DNA of 20,000 bases from an uncultured virus (IMG/VR IMGVR_UViG_3300033068_001577) (IMGVR_UViG_3300033068_001577), one strand, 5' to 3'; positions 7,609 to 15,377 are shown, numbered from the stretch's first letter. The notes: generated by a model not told the origin, from the sequence alone. A program made the numbers and translations.

Positions 7609-10229
7609 CAGTAGTACCTCTTGCGCATGAAGCGGCGCGGCTCAGCTTCTTCCTCAACATCGTTGGCGGTGGCCACGAGGTTGCCGGCGCGGAAACGTAT
7701 CATCGCCTGCACGGTGCTGTCCACGTAGTCGTCATGGGCCCCGCCGGGGAAGTCCGAGAGCTCCGTTTCCACCTCCTCGGCCCAGCGCCGGGCCGGGCGC
7801 CAGACATAGCGCGAAGCGAACACATCGGAGATGGTATTGGCGCGGGCGATCTTGTCGTTGCTGACGCCGCGCTGGCCGCGGCCATAGCTGAAATTCTCGA
7901 CGGCGATACCCATCGACCTCAACTCCTGAATAAGGCTCGAGCCCGAGCCCTTGTCTTCGATCAGGAGCGTGTCGGGCCGGTCCTCGTCGTAGAACTCGCG
8001 CACTTTCTTTTTGAGCTCGGGAAATTCCAGCCGCGCCTTCCAGGCGCTGAGCATGATGATGTGGTTGACCTCGAGGCCGGTCACGGGGTCCTCGGCCTTG
8101 AACACGCCCCAGCTGGTGAAGGCGCTGAAGTCGGCGCGCTGGTTCTTCTTGATGGCGGTGTCCCAGCTATGGAGGATGTACTCGCAGGCCGGGGGTTCGA
8201 GGTTCTGCCAAGCGCCCGCGTGCCTCGGGCCCGGGCACGTCGCCCGGCCGGCCTCGACATCCTCGGTCTTGTCCTCGCCCCAGATGCGCCAGTATTCGCG
8301 CTTGAAGATGGCGCTCTGGCCGCTGACCGGGTTCTGCTGGTACTGCGACTGCCAGGCGCTGACCGGGAGCGCGGCGCGCGTCGCCTGCTGGGTTTCGAGC
8401 GGCCAATAGGCCGGCCACAGCGCCCGCTCGTTGGGCGTATTCTCATCAAGAATGGCCGGGAACTCGATCTGCTCCCACTTGTCGGCGACGACGCTGTCGT
8501 CCTCGGCCATCTTCTGGAGCAGCCGGCCGGTCAGGTCGCGCTTGGACCAGCGCGTCTGGACGAGGATGATCTTGCCGTTGGGCTGCAGGCGCTGGCGCGG
8601 GCCGTAGACGTACCACTCGTAGACCTGGTCGAAGACTTCCGGGTTGGAGATGGCGAGCTTGGCTTCCTGTTCGGAATTGTGCGTGACGATGTAGCCTTCG
8701 CCGGCAAGGAACAGCCCGTCCTCGCGCTCGACCGTGATGCAGCGCACCGGGCCGCGCTGGTCGGTTTTGCGGATCGTGATCGACCGCCCGCGCCGGCTGG
8801 CGTGACGCAACCGGTCGCGCTTGCGCGAGATTCGCGCTGCGTCCTGCATCTGGAACGTCACCCGGTAGGTCGGGTTCTCGGTCGCGAAACCGGTGCGTGT
8901 CGGTTCAATGCGCTGGATTGTGCCCGTGCGCACACCGAAGCTCAGCACCAGTTGCTGCACGGCCTCAACCAGCGCGCGGTCGGTGTTGTCGAAACTGCAC
9001 TGGCCGGCCTTAGAGACGGTGCCGTCGCTGTCCATCAGTCCTTGCAACAGAGCCACGCGCTGGCGCGGGGACGCCACCATATAGCTCGGTGGCACCCGCT
9101 TGCGCCCAAGAAGATCCATGGTTCGTAGCAGTGACCACAGGCCGAGCACGCCGAAGCTGCGTTCGTCCTTCAGGTCGCTCGTGGCGTAGCCGGCGGCTTC
9201 GAACTGTTCGCGCACCCACACGGTGTCGTCGGGGTGACTCGTGATCCTGGCCGCTTCGGCTGTGCCGTTGCCGAGCCAGTAGCCGAGGACGTAAGGGTCG
9301 ATCGGCAGCGACTGCTCGGGATACTCAACCGGTGCAACGGTCGGCAGGATCGGGTTGTTCGCCAGCTGCCGCGCGACGATGCGCTCGGCGCTTTCCGTTC
9401 GGAACGGTGCCGAGACCTTGGTGTCGCTGCGGTATGTCCACAGATGCGCGGCATCGCACAGGATCTTCGAGCCATCGGGGGCGATGACCTCGTAGAGCGG
9501 CCGGTCGTTCCAGACTTCGGACACAGCAATGACCTTGGTCGGCTTACCGTCGGGGCCGAAGACCTCGTCGCCAACTTCTATGTCACCTATCGCTATGAAA
9601 CCTTCTGGTGTTGGAAGTAACGTTGAAGTATAGAGGGCGTGCGGATCGTCAATTACAAGTAAGTCTGCCCCGCGGCCTGCAATCTTGCCGCCCACGCCAA
9701 CAGCATAATACTCGCCGCCATGAGTAGTGTGCCAGTGATAGGCCGCGCCGGAGTCTTTCGCGAGGTCCAGTTCCGGGAAGACATCATGGTAAGGGTCGAG
9801 GCCCTTCTTCTCGGTCGCGATGGCTTCTCTGGAAATGACGTTTCTCACGCGCCGGCCGAAGCCCGATGCCAGATCCTGCGTGTTCATACATTGCATGATC
9901 TTGGCTTTCGGGTTGTGGCCGAGAAACCAGGTCGGCAACAGCCAGCTCGTCATCTCGGACTTGCTGTGCCGCGGCGCGATGTTGATGATCAGCCGCTTGG
10001 ACTTACCGAAGACGATCCGCTCGTAAGCCTCGGCCATCAGGGTGTGGTGCGCGCCGAGGACGACATCGGGCCACATGCGCTGGACATACTCGATGAACCG
10101 CGTGCGCGCGGCGGCGAGCTGCTGCTCCTTCTCGCGCTCCTCGAGCAGATCGAGGACGCGGCGCTTCTCGGCCGCGTCCAGGTAGTCGAGATTGCGCCGG
10201 AGGCGTTCTAGATCGGTGTCGGAAAGCAA
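7608..10229 (-). CDS. terL: terminase large subunit, intein-containing (873-aa precursor, about 552 aa spliced)
   Basis: Walker A region INIAPRHSKS, GRGADLLVIDDPH (Walker B), QTRW coupling motif, YQQNP, and RNase H-like nuclease motifs SWDTA, IEDKGSG and HDDYVDS. Confidence 0.95.
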   Translation of the reverse strand: MLSDTDLERLRRNLDYLDAAEKRRVLDLLEEREKEQQLAAARTRFIEYVQRMWPDVVLGAHHTLMAEAYERIVFGKSKRLIINIAPRHSKSEMTSWLLPTWFLGHNPKAKIMQCMNTQDLASGFGRRVRNVISREAIATEKKGLDPYHDVFPELDLAKDSGAAYHWHTTHGGEYYAVGVGGKIAGRGADLLVIDDPHALYTSTLLPTPEGFIAIGDIEVGDEVFGPDGKPTKVIAVSEVWNDRPLYEVIAPDGSKILCDAAHLWTYRSDTKVSAPFRTESAERIVARQLANNPILPTVAPVEYPEQSLPIDPYVLGYWLGNGTAEAARITSHPDDTVWVREQFEAAGYATSDLKDERSFGVLGLWSLLRTMDLLGRKRVPPSYMVASPRQRVALLQGLMDSDGTVSKAGQCSFDNTDRALVEAVQQLVLSFGVRTGTIQRIEPTRTGFATENPTYRVTFQMQDAARISRKRDRLRHASRRGRSITIRKTDQRGPVRCITVEREDGLFLAGEGYIVTHNSEQEAKLAISNPEVFDQVYEWYVYGPRQRLQPNGKIILVQTRWSKRDLTGRLLQKMAEDDSVVADKWEQIEFPAILDENTPNERALWPAYWPLETQQATRAALPVSAWQSQYQQNPVSGQSAIFKREYWRIWGEDKTEDVEAGRATCPGPRHAGAWQNLEPPACEYILHSWDTAIKKNQRADFSAFTSWGVFKAEDPVTGLEVNHIIMLSAWKARLEFPELKKKVREFYDEDRPDTLLIEDKGSGSSLIQELRSMGIAVENFSYGRGQRGVSNDKIARANTISDVFASRYVWRPARRWAEEVETELSDFPGGAHDDYVDSTVQAMIRFRAGNLVATANDVEEEAEPRRFMRKRYY
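8676..9638 (-). mobile_element. class 3 (Ala1, WCT) intein with LAGLIDADG homing endonuclease domain, 321 aa
   Basis: Junctions DDPH|ALYTST and IVTHN|SEQ. Block B CDAAHLW, block C YVLGYWLGNG, block E LLQGLMDSDG, block F VRCITV...LFLAG, block G VTHN with Ser+1. Confidence 0.93.
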
Positions 10230-10478
10230 CTATGCCTTCTTGCGGCCGCGCTTCAGGCTGCCGCCGGGCTTGCCGTCACCGTCATGGTCGAATGCCGCGA
10301 AGCCGACGGGGTCGGCCGTCGCGGCGAGCATCTCGGCGCTGTAGACGTCGACGACATTCGGAATGCCCTTGAGGTTCTCGGGACTGTCGGCGCGGGCGAT
10401 CGGCTCGCCCTCGGCATTGACGCCGATCCAGTCGTCGCCGAGATCGTCGGTGAAAGCGTTGAGGCGTACGGTCTTCAT
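10230..10478 (-). CDS. small acidic hypothetical protein with a DHDGDG loop (82 aa)
   Basis: AAAGGA RBS before the ATG at 10478; the stop abuts the terL TTG start; basic C-terminus. Confidence 0.75.
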   Translation of the reverse strand: MKTVRLNAFTDDLGDDWIGVNAEGEPIARADSPENLKGIPNVVDVYSAEMLAATADPVGFAAFDHDGDGKPGGSLKRGRKKA

Positions 10479-10492
10479 GGTCGTTTGTCCTT

Positions 10493-10801
10493 TCAGGTCC
10501 TGGGTTGCCAGAAGCGTTCCGGCGGGTCGAAGTTCCATGGGTCGGGCTCATCGCGCCGGATCTCGCGGTCGATGTCGGTGACCGCGAGCGAGCGCGGCTT
10601 GAACTTCTGGTGCTCGATATAGCCGCGCTTGCGCAGTTCGCGCACGGCCTGGATGACCGTGGTCGAACTGATCAGGCAGGCGTGCTGCAGCTCGCTCATG
10701 CTGGGGGATTCGCCATAATCCATAATGGCTTCGCGGATCGCGGCATAGACGCGCACATAGTGCGGGCGCAGCGTCGGGTCGTAATGGACGTAGGTCGTCA
10801 T
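10493..10801 (-). CDS. LexA-like winged-helix DNA-binding protein lacking the peptidase domain (102 aa)
   Basis: VYAAIREAIMDYGESPSMSEL...SSTTV..AVRELRKRGYIE....PRSL matches the LexA N-terminal domain pattern (G.PPT.REI...L..KGYI...RAI). Confidence 0.8.
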   Translation of the reverse strand: MTTYVHYDPTLRPHYVRVYAAIREAIMDYGESPSMSELQHACLISSTTVIQAVRELRKRGYIEHQKFKPRSLAVTDIDREIRRDEPDPWNFDPPERFWQPRT

Positions 10802-10855
10802 CAGGGTGCAGCAGTCCAGTGTGCTGGATTACAGGGCTGCGAAACTAGCGCAGCT

Positions 10856-11002
10856 TCACTGGAAAGGAAAGACCCCGTTGGCCGGTCCGTCCTGATGGTA
10901 GCCCTGGGCCGGCGCATCGGGGCGGAGCGCCTCGTAGGCCGCGCCGGCAAAGGACAGGATCACGATCAGGATGATGGCGAGGCCGGTCGCTTCGGGAGTC
11001 AT
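10856..11002 (-). CDS. small single-pass membrane protein (48 aa)
   Basis: MTPEATGLAIILIVILSFAGAAYEALR...; ATGA overlap with the upstream stop. Confidence 0.6.
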   Translation of the reverse strand: MTPEATGLAIILIVILSFAGAAYEALRPDAPAQGYHQDGPANGVFPFQ

Positions 11003-11235
11003 GTCCGATCCCTGAAGCCGGTGGTTTCGGGGATCAGCGCCAGCTGTGCCTCGGCCTCGCGGCTCGGCTGCACCTGGTTGTCCTCGCACCAGTGAATGAG
11101 GCTCCGCCGGTTGCCCTTCCAGCTCTTGACCATGTCCCATCTGCCGTTCGGCTGCAGGCGCTGCACGGCCCAGCTGTCGCCGGTGCGGTGGGCTCTTGTC
11201 TTCCTGTCGAGGAGGATGGTGGCGTCTTGGGTCAT
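10999..11235 (-). CDS. hypothetical protein (78 aa)
   Basis: ATGA overlaps at both ends; GC3-rich codons. Confidence 0.7.
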   Translation of the reverse strand: MTQDATILLDRKTRAHRTGDSWAVQRLQPNGRWDMVKSWKGNRRSLIHWCEDNQVQPSREAEAQLALIPETTGFRDRT

Positions 11236-11537
11236 CGCGCCGTGGTGTTGTTGATGAAAAACTGCTTTGCCAGCTCACAAAGCGCGATGTTGCCGTAGTC
11301 GCCGAGATGCTCGCCCCGCCCGAAGATCGTCGGGTAATCGCCGGGGTTATCGACGATCAGCAGCACCGATTCCGCGGTCACCGTGCCTTCGTCGAGCATG
11401 TCGGCAAGCAGGCGCAGCTGCCCGGGGATGTCCGAGAGCGCCGGGCCCAAGGTGATGACGTCAGCCGTGGCGCCGTCAGCGGGGGTCTCCGGTTTTGACT
11501 GCGCGGTAGGTGTGAGCGAGACGATCTCGGCTGTCAT
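11232..11537 (-). CDS. hypothetical protein (101 aa)
   Basis: GAGGA RBS; coupled to the downstream gene. Confidence 0.75.
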   Translation of the reverse strand: MTAEIVSLTPTAQSKPETPADGATADVITLGPALSDIPGQLRLLADMLDEGTVTAESVLLIVDNPGDYPTIFGRGEHLGDYGNIALCELAKQFFINNTTAR

Positions 11538-11565
11538 GTCGTGGGTCCTCGGCGGTTTCGTCAGG

Positions 11566-12321
11566 CTATTGGGTTGGGGTCGGGGGTGTCAACCGGGGTC
11601 GTCTTTGCAACGGGTGCCTGCCTTTTTTGACGAGATATAGCGTGCTTAACGAGACGCCATATCCGGCGGCTACGCCGGCATCTATGCGTGGCAGGCGCGC
11701 GATCTCCGCTAGCTGCGCTAACGACAATTTGTAGCGGGTTCGCGGGGCGTATTTTTTCGGGCGCACCTTCTTCTGGCGCGGTTTTCGCGGTGTGTGCTTT
11801 TTGCTGTGCGTCTCGGTAGCGACCTTTACGAAGGCCCCCGCGCTAGGCCACGCGCCCGGTTCTCTGGCGTACCGTACCGTGGACACCGATACCTCGTAGT
11901 TGGCGGCTATAGCGCGCAAACTGCGTGCGTCCAGCCTTATTGCCCTGACGTCTGCCTCGGTCAGTTTGGCATTGTGGTGCTGTTCACCTCGGGGTGAACG
12001 ACCTTTGGCGGCCATGTCGGCGGCGTTGTCTGCATCGGATCCTACGAACAGATGCGCCGGGTTAACGCAGGCGCGGTTGTCGCAGGTGTGGCACACGCAA
12101 AGGCTTCGTTTCGATGCACTATCGGGCAGCGCGCCATGTGTCAGCAACCATGCCCAACGGTGGGCGCGGTCAACCGACCGCTTAAAGCTCGCTACGCCGT
12201 AGCCGGCTTTTTCCACGTACCCGGTCCATAGCCAGCAATCATCGGTCTTGCGAACTCGCGACCAGAAAGACGCCTTAAAACGCTCTAGGTCGGGGTCTGT
12301 CAGGTGGTGGGCTGTGCGCAC
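11566..12321 (-). CDS. free-standing HNH homing-type endonuclease with C-terminal HTH-like repeats (251 aa)
   Basis: [32 protein letters not shown]...DNAADM..KGR, then [13 protein letters not shown]...[11 protein letters not shown] and a second [12 protein letters not shown] helix. Confidence 0.9.
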   Translation of the reverse strand: MRTAHHLTDPDLERFKASFWSRVRKTDDCWLWTGYVEKAGYGVASFKRSVDRAHRWAWLLTHGALPDSASKRSLCVCHTCDNRACVNPAHLFVGSDADNAADMAAKGRSPRGEQHHNAKLTEADVRAIRLDARSLRAIAANYEVSVSTVRYAREPGAWPSAGAFVKVATETHSKKHTPRKPRQKKVRPKKYAPRTRYKLSLAQLAEIARLPRIDAGVAAGYGVSLSTLYLVKKGRHPLQRRPRLTPPTPTQ

Positions 12322-12658
12322 GGTTTTTAGCTTTTTGTAAAATTTTGCAGTTTTCTGTACGCAATGAACTAATCGTTGTCAACGGGTCTGCGTCTTGACA
12401 TGTTGGGCACAACCGAGGGACCCGCACACATACAGGGGCTCCCCCACCCTGCCACCCCCACCTGGGATCCGCCAGCCGACAACCCGCACCTTCCACCTTC
12501 CAGCCCGTAACCGACTCGTTACGCTTCCAGCCGAACGAGACCGACCGGACCTGGCACCTCGCAACCAACACCCGTAACCGACCAGCTACCGATCAACGCA
12601 AACGATTGCATCGGCTGGCCTACCCCCTCGCATTGTAGAGTGAGGCACACCCCCTCGA

Positions 12659-12707
12659 TTAACCGGATGTAGGTTAACGTGCTGGTGTTAACCGGATGCA
12701 AGTTAAC
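12659..12707. repeat. two 20-bp direct repeats TTAACCGGATG(T/C)A(G/A)GTTAAC, each self-palindromic at its ends
   Basis: Copies at 12659-12678 and 12688-12707 (18/20 identical, 29-bp period); a degenerate third copy lies near 12718-12735. Confidence 0.85.
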
Positions 12708-12790
12708 AGGCTCGAGCGTGACGGGATGCCGTGACGGCGCAACCTGGCAGCTGCAAGGCTGCAGGCTGTCAGGTCACATGATCCAGGCTG

Positions 12791-13330
12791 TCAGGTGGTG
12801 GGCTTGCGGCGCCGGTCCGATGCGGCTGGCTTGGCTGTCGCTGTGCCGTCAATAGTAGTTGTGAACGAGTCGAGGCGACGCTTTAGTTCTGCGTCGATCT
12901 CTTCTGTCGTGCGAGACTTACGCTCCGGCTCGTTGGTCGGGCGGAACAGGTCGACGCCAGCCATCTGGCCGAGGAGGTGGAAGGCTCGCAACTGTACTGC
13001 TTCTGACTTGGCCGTTGTTGCTATTCTACTTATGCCTTGGGACACGAAGTCTCTTGTTATCAGTGGAGCAAGAGTTGCCTTTGCGTCGCGCTCAATCCTG
13101 AGTTGCCGGATCTTAGCTTGGATACTCGGCATAGCGGCCAGCTGTGCCGCCCGGACTGACGCGTTACGTTGTGTTTCGCCTGCACCGTAGCCGGCTGCTC
13201 TGTACGCCTCTATGTAGTTCATGCCCGAAAAGACATGTGAAACAAAGAGTTGCTGTTGCGAGGTCAAACCTTCCAACGCATCCTCGCCCAACTGGGCAAT
13301 AGCCGCCGGTCTGAACCCGCCAGTTGACAC
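12791..13330 (-). CDS. terS: putative terminase small subunit (179 aa)
   Basis: LTSQQQLFV....GMNYIEAYRAAGY...ASVRAAQL...PSIQAKI HTH pattern typical of TerS, followed by QLRAFHLLGQMAGVDLF; first gene of the packaging-strand arm. Confidence 0.75.
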   Translation of the reverse strand: MSTGGFRPAAIAQLGEDALEGLTSQQQLFVSHVFSGMNYIEAYRAAGYGAGETQRNASVRAAQLAAMPSIQAKIRQLRIERDAKATLAPLITRDFVSQGISRIATTAKSEAVQLRAFHLLGQMAGVDLFRPTNEPERKSRTTEEIDAELKRRLDSFTTTIDGTATAKPAASDRRRKPTT

Positions 13331-13414
13331 CTGCTACACGCTCCGCTCTAGGCCGTAAGCGCCCGGATAGCATAGCCGTTCGCCCGCTCGCAAGCCTAGC
13401 ACATACCGGGCTTA

Positions 13415-13429
13415 TTGCACTCAGTGCAA
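13415..13429. promoter_or_regulatory. perfect palindrome TTGCACT-C-AGTGCAA, candidate operator between divergent arms
   Basis: 7-bp arms with a 1-nt spacer, 20 bp upstream of a TTGACA box. Confidence 0.55.
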
Positions 13430-13449
13430 CATCTTTCACGTCACGGCGC

Positions 13450-13480
13450 TTGACAGGTGAATGAATAGATGGATTACTAA
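13450..13480 (+). promoter_or_regulatory. candidate sigma70-type rightward promoter
   Basis: Consensus TTGACA at 13450-13455, an AT-rich spacer and a weak -10 (ATTACT at 17 bp), ahead of the first plus-strand gene. Confidence 0.5.
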
Positions 13481-13531
13481 GCGCATCGGGCCGACTGATT
13501 TGGCCTGCCAACCGCAAGAGGACGCACTGAC

Positions 13532-13771
13532 ATGAACGCTGTAACCATTCACGAATCCGGCCGCGGCGCTGACCGACTGCAAGTCGTCAGCTACGGCAAC
13601 GGGCTGGCCTACGCTTTCAACTTTGGCGAGGCCGGCGCTCCGATGCGCAACATCTACCTGCAGGGCGAAGACGCAGCCGATCTGCGCGACGAATTCGACG
13701 CTATCGAAGCGCGCGAGCCCGAACGGCTGTCGCGCGACATTTGGGACTCGCTACTCGACCCGTACCTTTGA
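13532..13771 (+). CDS. hypothetical early protein (79 aa)
   Basis: GAGGAC RBS and ATG. Confidence 0.8.
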   Translation: MNAVTIHESGRGADRLQVVSYGNGLAYAFNFGEAGAPMRNIYLQGEDAADLRDEFDAIEAREPERLSRDIWDSLLDPYL

Positions 13772-13803
13772 CCTGCCAACCCTGACCTAGAGGACACCAA
13801 ACC

Positions 13804-14412
13804 ATGACAACCAAACCCCTAGCATTCCCTGACACGTTCGGCACGTCCGCCTATGTAGGCGAGACCTTGACCCTCGAGCACAAGGGCTTTCGCATCACTG
13901 CGACGATTGAAGCCGACGACGACATGACGCCCCCTTGGGAGCGCGAAGACGGGCACGGGCCCGTTAGTCGTCACATGCGCCATGCGTTCGGCCAAGGGAC
14001 CAAGCCGCCGAAACGTCCGGGCGAAATGATCCTCTATTGGGACCACGGCACCTATCGCACCTATGACTTTGCGGAAGCGTGCCGAATTGCCTTGGCTGAC
14101 GGTTGGGACGCCAAACCCTACAACCGTGACGGCCGCGAGACCAAGCGCCAGCAGGCCGCCAAGGCCGCGCTCGCTGACTTCAAGCGGCTGCAGGGCTGGT
14201 GCGAAAACCGCTGGTATTATGTGGGCGTTGCGCTCCAGGTGACGCACATCAAGTCGGGCGTCGACCTGACCGGCCCGTATGCCGCCGCGCTTTGGGGCAT
14301 TGAGTCGGACGCTGGCGAATACCTGACCGAGACCGCTAACGAGTTGCTTACCGAAGCCCTTGAGGAAGCCAAGCGCGCTTTGGCTACCCTACGCGCCAAA
14401 GTCGCAGCCTGA
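13804..14412 (+). CDS. hypothetical phage protein (202 aa)
   Basis: GAGGACACC RBS; aromatic-rich motifs PWEREDGHGPV, GWCENRWYYVGV and LWGIESD. Confidence 0.85.
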   Translation: MTTKPLAFPDTFGTSAYVGETLTLEHKGFRITATIEADDDMTPPWEREDGHGPVSRHMRHAFGQGTKPPKRPGEMILYWDHGTYRTYDFAEACRIALADGWDAKPYNRDGRETKRQQAAKAALADFKRLQGWCENRWYYVGVALQVTHIKSGVDLTGPYAAALWGIESDAGEYLTETANELLTEALEEAKRALATLRAKVAA

Positions 14413-14480
14413 ACGCTCGCAGTGCGCGCCCGTGTGGTGCGCATAGCCGGCGATCATGCCGATCTTGAGGACACCACACC

Positions 14481-14750
14481 ATGACAACCGAGTTCACTCA
14501 CTACGCGGGCTGCAACCGCCGCGACCCTGACAACTGCAGCGCGTGCGCCCTGACTGATACGCGCCAGGACGCCCCGAACTATGCCGGCTGGCCGCTGGCC
14601 TACATGGAGAACCGCCGCGCTATCCCTGCCAAGTGGCGCGCCGCCTATGCGGCCGAACTGTCACGCACTGACAATCCGGCTTATGTCGCCAACCTGAACG
14701 CGACCGCCGCGCGTCTCGGCGTGCGCTTTGCCGATGAGGTGTCGGCATGA
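14481..14750 (+). CDS. hypothetical protein with an N-terminal H/C cluster (89 aa)
   Basis: GAGGACACC RBS; HYAGC...CSAC; ATGA overlap downstream. Confidence 0.75.
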   Translation: MTTEFTHYAGCNRRDPDNCSACALTDTRQDAPNYAGWPLAYMENRRAIPAKWRAAYAAELSRTDNPAYVANLNATAARLGVRFADEVSA

Positions 14751-15271
14751 CCATCACTGCAGAAGACCTTGTTCGCCGCGAAGTGCATTATTGCGTTTCG
14801 CATCTCGTTTCGACGCTGGCTAACGGCTGTTACGCGGTTGACTGGCCAAGCCCTGCAAAAGCTGGTGTGCACGATTTGCGCGAGACATGCGAACAGGCGC
14901 AAGTGCTAGCCGCGCCCGTCGACGACTGGAAAGAAGCGGCCGAACAGGCCGGATGGTCGCGGCGTGCTGACGGGCTTTTCGTGCACGACGAGTGGAAAGT
15001 ACTAATCAACGGCCGCCCCGAACCGGACCCGCGCGGCTACGCTGACTGGCAAGCGCTTTGTTGGGATAAGGACATAGAACCCTATCAATGGGAAGTCTTC
15101 GAACACTGGATCGTGTCGGACTGGCTCGCTGACAAGCTCGAGGCGCATGGCGAAAAGGTCGATCGCGACTTTGCCGGCCTGACAGTCTGGGCGCGCACCG
15201 CGACCGGCCAGGCAATCGCCATGGATTCCGTGATCGAGCGGATCCGTGCCGAACTCACCGCCACCACCTGA
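14747..15271 (+). CDS. hypothetical phage protein (174 aa)
   Basis: ATGA-coupled; C-terminal EVFEHWIVSDWLADKL...WARTATGQAIAMD. Confidence 0.85.
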   Translation: MTITAEDLVRREVHYCVSHLVSTLANGCYAVDWPSPAKAGVHDLRETCEQAQVLAAPVDDWKEAAEQAGWSRRADGLFVHDEWKVLINGRPEPDPRGYADWQALCWDKDIEPYQWEVFEHWIVSDWLADKLEAHGEKVDRDFAGLTVWARTATGQAIAMDSVIERIRAELTATT

Positions 15272-15377
15272 CCGTCAGCCGCTGCGCGCCCTTCATGGGC
15301 GCGTGGCAACGGGCGATCAGCCTGCAGGCTGGCGCGTGCCGGCCTGACCATCTGCAACCGCTAGAGGACATTTCAAC

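Noticed and set aside
4948..7614. 888-aa plus-strand ORF antisense to the portal
   Set aside because: Shadow ORF expected from high GC3 codon bias in the mirrored frame; no recognisable motifs or RBS.
7734..9128. 464-aa plus-strand ORF antisense to terL, and similar antisense ORFs (1317..2192, 3381..4451, 5639..6748 off-frame)
   Set aside because: They overlap well-supported genes and have the low-complexity Arg/Ala/Pro or mirror composition typical of GC-rich shadows.
11571..11598. G-quadruplex-like G-runs on the plus strand
   Set aside because: Explained by Pro/Thr codons at the end of the HNH gene, and one loop is 8 nt.
12659..12707. Possible CtrA boxes (TTAA-N7-TTAA)
   Set aside because: TTAA spacings are 11, 10 and 11 nt, not 7.
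12480..12800. CRISPR mini-array
   Set aside because: The repeats are short, heterogeneous and lack 30-40 nt unique spacers; no cas genes are present.
13415..13429. CIRCE element (TTAGCACTC-N9-GAGTGCTAA), tempting because groES is present
   Set aside because: The half-sites are only similar, there is no 9-nt spacer, and the site is far from groES.
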